A stretch of DNA of 63,088 nt, counting the filler, from Octopus bimaculoides (Eukaryota): the NCBI RefSeq assembly GCF_001194135.2. It is 5 parts of 5 records of this genome, joined end to end, with 100 filler letters (N's around TTAATTAATTAA, not from the genome) between each part and the next. Parts side by side here need not be neighbours in the genome. Positions count along the whole stretch, not along the records: positions 1 to 25,960 come from NC_068982.1; positions 26,061 to 37,140 come from NC_069006.1; 3 more parts are not named here. One strand, given 5' to 3'. Position numbers and translations under genes: made by a program. The notes beneath the pieces are model-generated. The model worked only from the letters and a program-made list of their open reading frames with translations. It was not told where the DNA came from and did no database searches. This document shows positions 13,881 through 26,683 of the stretch, one piece after another. Each line of letters begins with the position of its first letter. Position 1 is the first letter of the stretch.

Positions 13881-13928
13881 GCATGCTATTTGAAGGGTAG
13901 AAANNNNNNNNNNGAAGAAGAAGAAGAA

Positions 13929-13960
<32 letters not shown>

Positions 13961-15099
13961 AGAAATTGTCGTTGCTGTAGATTAGATGTGTAACTAACCC
14001 ACCCACAGGTCAACACGACCTGAACAAAACTGTTACCAAGGATGTTCCCGCCATAGCTACTCCATCTATTTGTCAGATTTAGTGCCTATGAGATACATTA
14101 TTTAATGTTATTTAGTTTTTGACGATAACGCAGTGTTATATAAAAGGATATTTGGTTCCTAATTATAGCTGGCTGAATGACAATGTATAGATACCATCCT
14201 TTCCTCGAATCAGAACTGTCTTCTCAGTGTATTGAAACGCATACCTTCTGAATTTCGTCTAAGAGGTCGCATGTGAAGTACACCAAAGCTATGTTCCGAG
14301 ATGTTAACTTCTTGAATTCAGATTATTTTCGCTTTTAGCGCTTTTGCGTTAAAATAATCTGAAGTGAGTTAAAATTACATAAGATTCTATAGGACAGATT
14401 CATTGAGCGACGGCAAAGTGTCTTAGTTCAGATGAAAAAATTGTCTAATAGCGTTTTGGTAGTATGCATATCAGTCAGTGACGTAAGTAGGTAAGAACAC
14501 TGATCAATATTACAAGCTTAGTATGGGGAGCAGAGCAAATGAATTTACGATGATAAAGTTTATATGAAATTACGACGCATGGTTATAATACATCTGATGA
14601 ATACAGTGAGAAACGTTTTCCTAAATCACCTTCTAAGAGTATAAATTAGTTATTAATATATCAATAGACAGAAATGAAGTAATTTTAGAGAGATCTGCTT
14701 CAGCATGATAAGCAACAGATAACTGAATCTCAGAATATTTAATACATTGAGCATTAAACATGAACAAAGAATAAAATATGCAATGAAGAATAGAAGCAAT
14801 TTTTGTACATAACTAATATTTGTTCATTTTTGTCAGCTAGTATGGCAACAACTCGAAACATGACTACAGCAATCAATGATTAGTATTTTTTCAGCCTCAT
14901 ATTTTATTCTACTTTACATTTTTATTGATCCATTCATTAAACATGCTCACAGACTATCATGCTGGTTGCATCTCAGAATTATGCACTTTCGAAACAATTT
15001 AATTTCTATCCACATCAAAAATATTACTCACAATCCCTGACTTATTTCACAAAGCGTTTTGAAGATTGAATTTTCTCCTTTCTGAAATCATTTCGTGTT

Positions 15100-15290
15100 G
15101 GCACAAAATTGGCTTAACAGCAATATTCCAAACTTTTATGATATCTGTTCAAATTCCACGGAGATCAACTTCGCTTTACATTCTTTCAATCTACATTATT
15201 TTATGCATTATGGTGGCGATGTAATTGACTTAACATCCTTCCCTAAATTGCTAAGTCTTGTGCCAAAATTTGAAACTATTCACTTCTTAT
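15100..15290 (+). mobile_element. Degenerate SINE family B fragment
   Basis: GTTCAAATTCCACGGAGATCAACTTCGCTTTACATTCTTTC...GATGTAATTGACT matches the other copies. Confidence 0.55.
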
Positions 15291-15417
15291 CCCAATTTTT
15301 CAGTCACAATACCCCCACCAGTATATTTTCCTCACAAGGTTTCTTTCCAATATCTCCCGTCTAATCAGCGAAATAAATCATGGGTTATATGTTATACCAT
15401 TTTCACATCCTCAAATT

Positions 15418-15507
<90 letters not shown>

Positions 15508-15629
15508 GAAGGGTATATTAAGTGATACAGATTACATTTTTCGTTGATATCTATTATAAGGGAACAATATGTTATGTACACTCCATCCAATAAACCTATT
15601 GGTTTTACATTTTGGTACAAGAACAGCAA

Positions 15630-15740
15630 TTTCAAGGAGGGATTAAGTCGTTTAAGTAGATTGGATCGACCCCAATGTTTACTGGTATTTATTTTATCGA
15701 TTCCGAAGGGATGAAAGGCAAAGTCGACCTCAGCTAAACC
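15630..15740 (-). mobile_element. SINE family B fragment
   Basis: ATCGACCCCAATGTTTACTGGTATTTATTTTATCGATTCCGAAGGGATGAAAGGCAAAGTCGACCTC. Confidence 0.75.
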
Positions 15741-15899
15741 CCTACCCCCATATACACGCACACACATACATACATGCATACATACAGACATACATACATA
15801 CATACATACATACATACATGAGTATTTACTAAACTGAAGATGAATAAATACTGTAATTCCGCATCGCGAGAAATAACAGCAAAAATGTGCAATAAACAA

Positions 15900-16660
15900 T
15901 TACAACCAGTGTCTCGTTACAACTGCTCAGCAATCAATCACATATCACACAACATCCCCACCTGACATTATCGCACTTCACTATGAATACTTGGAACCTT
16001 CATGCATCTCCATACACGGAAACATTCAGAGCAGCCCCACGGGATGCAATGTCACTCGGTCCAACAAACAAACAAAAAACTCATTCACTGTTCATATCAA
16101 GGAAACAACAGCATCAGGGCCCCCTCTAAACATTATCGGTACTCGGTTAGTGTTGCTCATATCCTGAGCTTCACTGTCATCGCGGATCTCTCCTGCCGAA
16201 AGCATATACGTGTCATAGCATTCCAAAAGCTGGCCGTCCTATTTAGAACCAGTGCATATTTCAGTCGCCAAAAGCTGATGACACTTCAAAATTCAAGTGC
16301 GGCTTAGCCCACACCGTGAAAGGTTTGTCTATTACGTGTAGTGATATCTTGGACTGTATTCAGAGAACAGCTACCCGGTTGATTACTATTGTGTCACTAA
16401 TAGCCTCACTGTAGTCTCTAACCAAAAACGTGCCGTCTTTTCTATCACTACTCTGTCACAGCCCCTCGGAGATACTAAGTCTCGTAGATGTACCCCCGAT
16501 GCAGTTCATCACTCGCCGATTTTGTTACGTTCCACTTCCTTTTACCAAAATTAACCACGGTGACCAATCTATTTTCACCAGGACATCGTTTCCTCCGTAT
16601 TCTACATTCTATGTAAAGCCTTCCTTGCTGCCAATTTTTATTGCCATTGCTTGACCTCGT
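15900..16660 (+). mobile_element. CR1/L2/Jockey-group LINE 3' fragment (end of RT), heavily decayed
   Basis: Mosaic translation LSFTVIADLSCRKHIRVIAFQKLAVLFR...DILDCIQRTATRLI...FSPGHRFLRILHSM*SLP follows the LSWxxHI...LDRIQRRAxR...RTxxLWNSLP pattern. Confidence 0.6.
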
Positions 16661-17457
16661 ATCTTGATCAATAGTTTCAAAAGTAAAGGCTATTCGAGCC
16701 ATCATTTTTATTCCTCATAATGTGTCTCTTTTTTTGTTTAAGAAGGCAGGGTGAAATTTGCCAGAAATCTTTACGGCTAGTTATTATGTGTTTACTGAGA
16801 TTTTACTTATTTTCTGTAAGAAAAAAGTAACTTAATAGAACGAAAGCCCAGTCATGGCACCATTCATTGAATTGGCATGCTTTTATACGAAGAAATATAT
16901 GCAACCTTGATAACTTGTGAATTAAGTTTGAGAGAAACATCCTCATATAGAAAGTGTGAAGACAATCGTTTAGAAATCCGGATTTGCAATATGGTGGTAG
17001 GTCATGTGTCATGTGTGTGTATATATATATNNNNNNNNNNNNNNNNNNNNNNNNNNNNNNNNNNNNNNNNNNNNNNNNNNNNNNNNNNNNNNNNNNNNNN
17101 NNNNNNNNNNNNNNNNNNNNNNNNNNNNNNNNNNNNNNNNNNNNNNNNNNNNNNNNNNNNNNNNNNNNNNNNNNNNNNNNNNNNNNNNNNNNNNNNNNNN
17201 NNNNNNNNNNNNNNNNNNNNNNNNNNNNNNNNNNNNNNNNNNNNNNNNNNNNNNNNNNNNNNNNNNNNNNNNNNNNNNNNNNNNNNNNNNNNNNNNNNNN
17301 NNNNNNNNNNNNNNNNNNNNNNNNNNNNNNNNNNNNNNNNNNNNNNNNNNNNNNNNNNNNNNNNNNNNNNNNNNNNNNNNNNNNNNNNNNNNNNNNNNNN
17401 NNNNNNNNNNNNNNNNNNNNNNNNNNNNNNNNNNNNNNNNNNNNNNNNNNNNNNNNN

Positions 17458-17504
<47 letters not shown>

Positions 17505-17653
17505 CATACATACATGCATACATACATACATACATACATACAGTTTCCGTCTACCAAATCCACTCACAAGGCTTTAGTCGGTCCGAGGCTATAGTAGAAG
17601 ATACTTGCCCAAGGTGCCATATATATATTTATTTATTTATATACATATATACA

Positions 17654-18320
17654 CTACCAGAGATATCCGGCGTTGCTCGGGATTAAAATGGTATGATTTG
17701 TATATAATATATTTCAGCTATGTTGAAACAGGTGATATGGGAAAGTACAGTATTGACAATAAAACATTTGGGGAGTAATGATGGGCTAATTCGACTAAGC
17801 AACATGCTATGTGTCCGTTTGGAAAATTGGAGTGGGAGTTATATGATTTTTGAACGCATCGAAAATCTGTCAGTGGATATACTCTCGTTTGCAGCAGTTA
17901 GCACTGTGTCTAACACGATCTATCATCTGAAATTTTAACATCTCCTTCGATTTTGTTGTTCTACATCATTCATAAAGTAAATTTGAAGGAATTGTGGTTG
18001 TTTATTTGTGGGTAACAGGGAACTAATGAAGTGATAGACTTGCTCTTGAACTTTGACGTCGGCATAAATTCATATTTAACTATCTTCTTAGATGCAGTAA
18101 ACGATGTCATTTGAAATGCAGAGTTGTATTGTGTGATATTGTTTAGAAAATCCTTTGACTGGATGGAAGTGCCTTCTAGAAGATCCTTAAGAGGTTGAGA
18201 AGGAGCTGGTAGTGCTGGCAATGTTACTTGACCGCCTGAGCAACTCATACCATTTGTTTCATTTGAAAATTTTATACCTGTACAAAAACGGTAATTTGTG
18301 GTTAGCACACCAATTTGGAC
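17654..18320 (-). mobile_element. Internally deleted Helitron (N-terminal RepHel fragment joined to the 3' terminus)
   Basis: ORF 17970-18308 has CSGGQVTLPALPAPSQPLKDLLEG...FLNNITQYNSAFQMTSF...FMPT, typical of the Helitron N-terminus. The 3' end has a CCCGAGCAACGCCGG hairpin followed by CTCTGGTAG|T (CTAG variant). Confidence 0.85.
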
Positions 18321-18749
18321 NNNNNNNNNNNNNNNNNNNNNNNNNNNNNNNNNNNNNNNNNNNNNNNNNNNNNNNNNNNNNNNNNCGAAGACTACAGTTC
18401 CAAACCATCACTGGAACTGTAAAGATCTTTAAAACTTACTAGATGTTTTCCATTTAAATATGTATGAGCCTGTCTAGATATGCAACTATATGCATCAAAA
18501 TACATGCATAAAACATATAAATCTGCACATACATACATACATACATACATACATACATACATACATACACACATACATACATACATACATACATGCATAC
18601 ATACATACATACATACAAAAATACCTACTGTTGATGTTGAAATTCCAATGGAGGAGCCTTGGATCTAGATGAGAAACAGGTTCTTTCTCTATTGGCAAGA
18701 AATCTTGAAATCAACTGAATAATGTCATACATACATATATACGGACATA

Positions 18750-19250
18750 GGGAAAAAAATTCGTCCTCGGAATCTACACATTCGTTCGAGGTTCTTAATT
18801 TCCTTTAGAGATATAATTCTTTCGAGAGAACGTATTGAACATCTGTTTGACCCGTTAATACAAGGTTAATGTCGGGTTTGGTTTTACAAACGGTTTTTCA
18901 TTTGATGTTATAGTTGATCCATTCGGCTTTGTTTCCGAATTATATCCGGTTTGTGGAAAGAGATTGTGCGTTGCTTTTTTCAGATTTTTTGAGCAGAGTA
19001 ACTGAAATTCATTGTTGCAGAAGTTCAACTGGGAAAAACAAAGAGTGTAGAGTCTACATATGCGCAGATGCCACCTTATAGAGAGAAGTCTGAGTAGAGA
19101 GTATATATTGAACAAAGAATATGGTCTGTGGGTTTTGATAGGTAGAGATTAAAAAGTTTGCATCCCAGCGAGAAATAAGACTTTTGGTTTTCATTAAAGT
19201 TGAAGTTGTTGTGTATATCTAGGATGAAGAAAAAATCCAGGAAGGATTGA
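18750..19250 (-). mobile_element. Possible decayed Penelope-like RT-thumb fragment
   Basis: Minus-strand mosaic FLD...LSKPTDH resembles the PLE FLD...YxKPTD motif. Many disablements. Confidence 0.3.
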
Positions 19251-19294
19251 CCACAAGATTTAAGCTTCATTTTTTTCTTTCTTTTGCTTTGTTT

Positions 19295-19325
<31 letters not shown>

Positions 19326-19636
19326 GGCATCATGAGAAACTGTATAATAGAACTCTAGTGCGTAGAAGGTGCATCACAGAATTCCACAATTTGGAGGTCT
19401 AATCGAGGTGCTTGCAACAGATGAACTTCCCTAAAAGCACACGGCAGCAAAATAGTAATGTTAAAACAGGGCAGAATGAGGCAAGGCAGCATGTCGCCTA
19501 AGATATACAAAGAAGGAGACTTTCTACACCCTACAGAAAAGGGCAATAGGGAGATTAAAAGAAGAATAAAGAGAAGGAAAGATTTTATAAAAGAAATTAA
19601 GAAAATGAAACGGAGTGGAAGAAACACCGGCTGGTC

Positions 19637-19708
<72 letters not shown>

Positions 19709-20332
19709 CAGCAGCAGCTTAAGCATCAGTGGTAGGAGGGTGAAGAATCAGTTTGTAATATCAACTCAAGAAAGTAGATGTCAAGTTCAGGTGAATCTTC
19801 ATCTTGTTGTTGTTGCTTTTGTTGTTTTGATGTTTGTTCTGCAAAATCTACTTGCTTCTCATGATGCTTCTCGTGGTAGCAGAGGAATATAAAATAGAAT
19901 TTGTGTTTTTACTTTCCCACTTCTCGTGTAGCAGATGTAATTGGTGAGTTGTTGTCGTGGTGGGGTGTTGTTTTATAAAATGCTTACTTCTGAAGAAAAA
20001 CAAAGAAAAGAAAGTTTTGGGTGTTGTTACTGTCACACACATTGCATTTCCAAAGAAGAGTTATATAAATTGTTTACATTGTTTTATCTTTTATTTTTTT
20101 CTATTTTACTTGTTTCACTCATTAGACTGCAGTCATGTTGGAGCACTGCCTTGAATTTCTTAGTCGAATGAATCGACACTACTATTTCTTTTTTTAGTCT
20201 GGCATTTATTCTATCACTCTCTTATGCCGAACAGCTACATTACCGACATACAAACACACGAACATCCGTTGCCAAGCGGTGGTTGGGGGACACACAGAGA
20301 CAGAAAGACACACACACACACACAGGCAGAAA

Positions 20333-20383
<51 letters not shown>

Positions 20384-20398
20384 CTATATATTATATAT

Positions 20399-20434
<36 letters not shown>

Positions 20435-20438
<4 letters not shown>

Positions 20439-20560
20439 CGACGAGCTTCTTTCAGTTTGTCTACCAAATCCACTCAAGGCTTTGGTCGGCCCAAGACTAT
20501 AGTAGAAAGCACTTGTTCAAGGTGCAACGCAGTGGGACTGAACCAGGAACCGTGTGGTTC
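20435..20560 (-). mobile_element. CORE-like SINE family A, 5' part
   Basis: CTTTCAGTTTGTCTACCAAATCCACTCAAGGCTTTGGTCGGCCCAAGACTATAGTAGAAAGCACTTG...GGGACTGAACC matches the full copy at 35932-36356. Confidence 0.8.
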
Positions 20561-20705
20561 TTAAGAAAAAAATTAATCTGAGTGCTGTTACTGTCACATA
20601 CATTAGTGTTCCGCAGACAAGAATTAAATAGAGCATCTATTGATGTTATTTGGTGGTTGACTTGAAGTTGTCAATGTTGTGGATGCTTTGCTGATCACGG
20701 ATTAG

Positions 20706-21060
20706 AAAAAAAAAGAAAAGAAAAGTAGAGCCCCGAGAGGTAAATGAAAGGCCTAATATATTTAAATCATACCATTTTGCTTGTGTGTCGCTTTGGGACG
20801 GTGACGTTTAATAAATGACTAAACTTCAAACAGTAATTGTTGGGTTAATTTTTCTATGGGGTAATAGGGTGGATACGTAATAATGAAGGACTTCTTTATT
20901 ACTCATCCATCCTATTACCTCCATAAAAAAATTAACCCACCAACTACTATTTTAATTTTAGTCATTTACTCAACGTCCTGTAGGCAAAATGGTATGATTT
21001 AAATATATATATTAAGCCTTTCATTTTCCTCTCGAGGCTCTTCTTCTTTTCATTTCTTTT
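20706..21060. mobile_element. Foldback/palindromic MITE-like element with arms of about 170 bp
   Basis: AAAAGAAAAG..AGAGCCCCGAGAGGTAAATGAAAGGCCTAATATATTTAAATCATACCATTTTGC...GGGTTAATTTTTCTATGGGGTAATAGGGTGGAT is mirrored through to 21060, with a small central loop at about 20884-20896. Confidence 0.85.
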
Positions 21061-21239
21061 ATGTATGTATGTAGCTCTATGTTCCAGATAGGATGTATTA
21101 TCAAATATGATGAATATATTGGACACTCCCGTCGGTTTCGGCGCACGAGGAACCCAAGACTGACTCCTTCTTTGTCAGTTATAATGCTTTTGTCGAATGT
21201 GACATTTAAGTCTCGCCAACGGTTTTCAAAAAAGTCCAC

Positions 21240-21655
21240 AGACCTGCAAGTATGAGGATTACAGGTCAGTTCAGGTTGTATATTTGCAGCTGCTTTTCTC
21301 CGTTGCCTTGCACCCCAAAGCCTGGTAATACCAGTGGTAACAGTTTCTAATACGATTTTGATACAACGATCTCCATTTTATTCGCATCAAGACTGTTAGA
21401 GCTGTCTTCATTTCTAAGCGGTTACTTTTCAGCTTGTCCTTAGATATGAGCCATGGTTGCCCAACACACCTGTGCCCACTCTTAAGCTGGTTGTACATGA
21501 CAACCATGGGTATTATTTCGTCAGTGACTCTGACGATATGGCCAGCCCAGCGCAATTGGGATTGCATAAGGAAGCTCTCAATTCCACCAATCTTACACTT
21601 GCTAAACAGGTCAGTATTAGAAATTCTGTCCTTTAGTGAATAACCTTATATCGTT
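21240..21655 (-). mobile_element. RTE-clade LINE 3' fragment
   Basis: KDRISNTDLFSKCKIGGIESFLMQSQLRWAGHIVRVTDEIIPMVVMYNQLKSGHRCVGQP matches the RTE QLRWAGHVxRM...GRP motif. Confidence 0.85.
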
Positions 21656-21815
21656 CTCAGACAATGATATTGTGTGTGCGTGTCAGTGTGTATTGGAGTT
21701 TAATTGGTTATCATTATTGTTGTTGTTGTTGTTATGATCATTATGATTATCGTCAACATTATTATTATCTTTTTATGTTTTATATATATGTATGAGTATA
21801 TATGTGTGTGTGTGT

Positions 21816-21859
<44 letters not shown>

Positions 21860-21864
21860 TTGTG

Positions 21865-22050
21865 TGCGTGTTTGTCCCTACATCATCGCTTGTCAACTGA
21901 TGTTCGTGTGTCTAGCATTTCGACAGAAGACACCTATAGAATAAGTACTAGGCCTACAGAGAATGAGTCCTGGGGTCGATTTATTCGACTAAACACTGCT
22001 TCAGCATGGCCGCAGTCAAATGACTGAAACAAATAAACGAATAAAAGAAA
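21865..22050 (+). mobile_element. SINE family A, 3' part
   Basis: ATAGAATAAGTACTAGGC...CCTGGGGTCGAT...CAGCATGGCCGCAGTCAAATGACTGAAACAA tail. Confidence 0.8.
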
Positions 22051-22062
22051 AAAAGAATTTAT

Positions 22063-22107
<45 letters not shown>

Positions 22108-22143
22108 CATACGAAGTATATACTTATCTTATATATATATATA

Positions 22144-23641
22144 TTGGGTCAGCCTATAGATAATGCTCTTTTCAATTGCATGAGCTAAAAGTCAGACGAG
22201 GATGGGATGAATTACTCGCATCAACTTGCTATAAAAGCAGGTTGTAATTTTACCATGTCCTTATTGTTAGTTTTGAAGAGTACTGTTCGATCAGTTATTT
22301 TTCAAAGCTATAATGCAAGTGACAAAGGAGCATATTCGGCATATTTAGTTTTTATGAGTTCAATAAAGGCAACAATGCAACGGAAAGTTCGAGAAATACT
22401 AATGCAGTATATGGGGATCGGATAGTAAGTGTAAGCCAATGTCAACGGTGGTTCCAGAAATTCCTAGCCGGAAACTACAGCGTAGAAGACGATCGTCGTT
22501 CTGAAAGATCTGTAGAGCTCGACGAGGACGTTCTGCAAACCCTACTGAAACAAAATCCCATAGTAACTCTTATTTTTTTATTGCCCACAAGGGGCTAAAC
22601 ATAGAGGGGACAAACAAGGACAGACAAACGGATTAAGTCGATTACGTCGACCCCAGTGCGTAACTGGTACTTAATTTATCGACCCCGAAAGATGAAAGGC
22701 AAACTCAACCTCGGTGGAATTTGAACTCAGAACGTAACGGCAGACGAAATACCGCTAATCATTTCGCCTGGCGTACTAACATTTCTGCCAGCTCGCCGCC
22801 GATCGTAACTCTTCAGGATGTAGCGGAGAAGCTTGGATTTGGTCATTCAACCATTCATCGACACTTGCATGCCATCGGAAAAATGAGCAAATTGGGTCAG
22901 TGGGTTCTTCGCAAACTTTCTCAGTCTAGTGGTGCGGAGAGAGTGAATGTATGGTCTTCTTTGATGTCACATTTCGAATGGACATTTTGGGACCGAATAA
23001 TGACTGGTGACGAGAAATGGGTTCCCTATAATAATGTCAAGTGTCGAAGAGAGCGGGTAGGGAAAGACAAGCACCAGGCTAAATAAGGCCATCACCAACA
23101 TTTAGTGGGATATGAAATGTTTAGTCCACTTCCAACTTTCTTAAACCCAAGCTAAACGATGAGAAAAGGAATATGGTGTGAGTAGCTTGAGCGGCTTAAG
23201 TCAGCGCTACAAGGAAAACGACCATCTTTTGTTTCAAGACGGACGATGTTCATCCATCAGGATAATGCTCGGTGATATACAACGAGGATGATAATCCAAA
23301 GGCTGGAGCACTTTGAATGGGACGCATCGCTTCCCATTCAAACTGCTCCACCATATTCGCTGGACATTGCCCCATCTGATTATCATTTATTCCTCGGTCT
23401 TTAAAAACATTTGGACAGCAAGATATGAATTTTGTAGATAAGGTGAGAACAGTACTGGAGGAATCTTTTTGTCACGAACAAGTGAATTTTGGAAGAGGGG
23501 CCTTGCAGGTCTACCACATAGATGGAAGGGCAATGTAGAAAATGTAGGAGAGTATATTTTTGATTAAAAAATAACTTTGTTTATCTTAATTCTGAAAAAT
23601 AAAAGAAGTATTAAAAAACGCATTATTTATGGGATGACCCT
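22144..23641 (+). mobile_element. Near full-length decayed mariner (DD34D) interrupted by a SINE
   Basis: TIRs TTGGGTCAGCCTATAGATAATGC and GCATTATTTATGGGATGACCCTA in TA context. Motifs CQRWFQKF, LGQWVLRKLS, DRIMTGDEKWVPYNN, HQDNAR and YSLDIAPSDYHLF. Confidence 0.9.
22571..22800 (-). mobile_element. Full-length SINE family B nested in the mariner ORF
   Basis: Head GGCGGCGAGCTGGCAGAAATG at 22800. Flanking duplication ATAGTAACTCT (22560-22570) and ATCGTAACTCT (22802-22812). The transposase frame resumes after it. Confidence 0.92.
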
Positions 23642-23698
23642 ATATATATGTATGTGAGTGTGTGTATGTGTGTGTATTATATATATGTATATATTATT

Positions 23699-23731
<33 letters not shown>

Positions 23732-25905
23732 NNNNNNNNNNNNNNNNNNNNNNNNNNNNNNNNNNNNNNNNNNNNNNNNNNNNNNNNNNNNNNNNNNNNN
23801 NNNNNNNNNNNNNNNNNNNNNNNNNNNNNNNNNNNNNNNNNNNNNNNNNNNNNNNNNNNNNNNNNNNNNNNNNNNNNNNNNNNNNNNNNNNNNNNNNNNN
23901 NNNNNNNNNNNNNNNNNNNNNNNNNNNNNNNNNNNNNNNNNNNNNNNAGAGAGAGAGAGAGAGAGAGAGAGAGAAAATGATTCGATGTAAGAATGGGAAT
24001 AAAATATTGAACACTATCTACACACTTTGCTTTATATCTCTAGCATTATAGACCTTATCGTACTGCTTCAGGGTACACTGGAGTCACTTAGCACTTGGGA
24101 TTATTACTTTCCTCTTTTATTGAACCTCCTCTTGATAACATTTCTATTTTATTATTCTCTTCAAGATAATACCTGTGTGTGTGTATGTCTGTGTGTACTT
24201 GATTCGTATTGTTTATCATTGTTGTTGTTGTTATTGTTACTATTATTATCATTATCATTATTATCGTCATCATTATTATTATTGTTATTATTATTATTAT
24301 CATCATGATCATCATCATTGTTATTATTATATATTTTAGTTTGATAGGTGTTCCATTATTTTTTACCCTCAGTTTGTCAGTAATTAGGAATTATTCATTG
24401 AAAATGACTTCTAAATCATATTCTTTCACAACGATTGTTATGGACATCCTTCACACTTTTCTTTGACTTTAGTTTGACTAAATTAAAGCTGGGGCATATA
24501 AATTTTCGTTTATCGCTTGCATATCAAAGTGGAGTGCGATATATCACTTTCCAAAAAGGGAAAACAAAGAATATGAAAGATTTGGAAGAAAACGAAATAT
24601 ATTTTTCTGTCTCTTTTAAGCTTGTATTTAGTGTTGCTGTTGTTTTAAAATTTTTCTACTTTCGATTTCCGAATGTTTTTTTTGTTTTTTTTTTCCTCCC
24701 TTGCTACTCCACTTTTTCCTACTGAAACTATTGCCGCTGTAACTTGTTTCTGTTGCAGACAGATATCCCAAAATGTTACTTCGCTTTCATTTACACTACT
24801 GCGTTTATATTTAGCGTTGTTAACCTGCACTTATCAGCCAGTCCTGGTTGAGCAAATTATGAATAAACTATTATTAAAGACGTTCCAAGCATCAACACTT
24901 TATATTTTTCGTCACGCAGTCTATCAAAGACTAACGTCATCTAATGAAACCCTCCTTTTTTACGTTGTAGATTATGATTCGCGGAGTCTTAGCTCTTATT
25001 TCTCATTTTCTCATACGTTATGCAGCTGTTCAGAGAGGTTCTTTTATTGCTTAGTCGGTATTCATGGTGTTACTGAGGAGGATTTTTTCATCATTTTCTA
25101 TTATAAATTATTTTAAACATAAGAGTTAAATTGGGAAAAATAAATAGATCACTGCTGCTCATTAAATAACTGCTCACTAACATTTAAAAAAAGAAAGGAT
25201 ATGATGTAGTCCTAGAAAACAGAAAGGGTGGTTACAACTAGAGCGCTGTTGATCATACATCTGCTCGATCACGACTGACTTGAGGCCGAACTCGAACTTT
25301 AAGCCGCGGTTGGAACTATGTCTCTGAAATATGAAAACCGAAGTTAATATTACTGTTGTTTCTTGTAAAACATATCTCTCGTAAATTTCGTGATATTTGC
25401 AAAAATGATAAATTTTCCTGAATATTTCCTCATCACTAAAATGCACGCAAAACTTGAATTTTCTCTTGATACTCTCAAATCTAAATACATAATAGTTGAA
25501 ATATCAAGGAAAATCCAAGGTAAAGATGTTAGAAATTACTAGTTCCCTCTTTAAAGAGAAAGTCAACAATGGAACTGCCAAAAGATATCATCGCTTACTA
25601 AGGATTTTATAAATTCTTCCACCATGGGACTAATAACCAATAATAGATTTCTATTTTGGACACCCCTTAGATATTCAATGAACTGGGAACTACTAATAAC
25701 CTTGTTTAAAGGTATTCTTTATTCATTTCTCTCTATCCCTTGACATAATAGTTATCTTATGTTGAAATCATTGCTCAATAACGCATGCTCCACACGCTAA
25801 GCTGTTCTAGAAACAGCTAACTGTGTGAGACTTTACCTATCCACTATAACTAATAACCCTATGTTTAGATTATAAATTATATACTAAAAGCTTTAATATA
25901 CATAC

Positions 25906-25960
<55 letters not shown>

Positions 25961-26060
25961 NNNNNNNNNNNNNNNNNNNNNNNNNNNNNNNNNNNNNNNN
26001 NNNNTTAATTAATTAANNNNNNNNNNNNNNNNNNNNNNNNNNNNNNNNNNNNNNNNNNNN
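25961..26060. other. Assembly gap linker (44 N + TTAATTAATTAA + 44 N); also at about 37185, 52998 and 56067
   Basis: The same 12-mer, which gives stops in all six frames, is centred in four 100-bp N gaps. Confidence 0.95.
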
Positions 26061-26649
26061 AAAAAAACAAAGATACACCTATATAGTCATAAGTATATAC
26101 TCATACCCGCATAGTCACACAGACAGACAGGGTGGAGGAAGTAATGAATTACTATTGCATTTCCTTCAGCACCGGTTGCTTTTTGGGTGGCATTACCCCT
26201 TTTGATGTTACATACATCGTCATCATCATCATCACGATCAATATCGCCTGTACTTTGCGTCCGTTTTTCCATGCAGACATGCATAGGAAAGCTCTCACAG
26301 CATCTAGTTTCGTTGTTTTTTGTTGTTCTTTTTTGTACATACACTATGTATGTAAGTACGTATCTATCTATGTGTGTGTGTGGGGGGGGGGAGGGGGTTT
26401 ACATCTATAAACCCTTTTCACATTATATGAGCACGCTGATGCATGCACACATATACAGCAAACATACACAAATATATATATATACGTACGTGTTCATTGC
26501 ATACCTTTGCATACATATATTTGAAAAGCACACAGACACACGCACGCACACACGTATATGTATCGTACATAGATACACAGACACACACACACGTATATGT
26601 ATCATATATAGATACACACACACACACACGTATATGTATCAAACAGATA

Positions 26650-26683
<34 letters not shown>

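Noticed and set aside
14532-14565. CTGATGA...GAAAC on the plus strand
   Set aside because: No stem I or stem II pairing, so a chance occurrence of core words.
16803-17686. Long ORFs spanning N gaps and (TA)/(CA) tracts, here and at 23.6, 26.4-27.5, 31.1-31.8, 34.5-35.1 and 43.5-44.1 kb
   Set aside because: Artefacts of translating N runs and stop-free microsatellites.
25177-25446. 89-aa minus-strand ORF with an internal exon-like segment (RHSSNRGLKFEFGLKSVVIEQ)
   Set aside because: The acceptor is plausible but I recognise no family and no compatible neighbouring exons. Too weak to call.
26005-26016. TTAATTAATTAA repeated at 26005, 37185, 52998 and 56067
   Set aside because: Always centred in a 100-bp N gap, so it is an assembly spacer and not biology.
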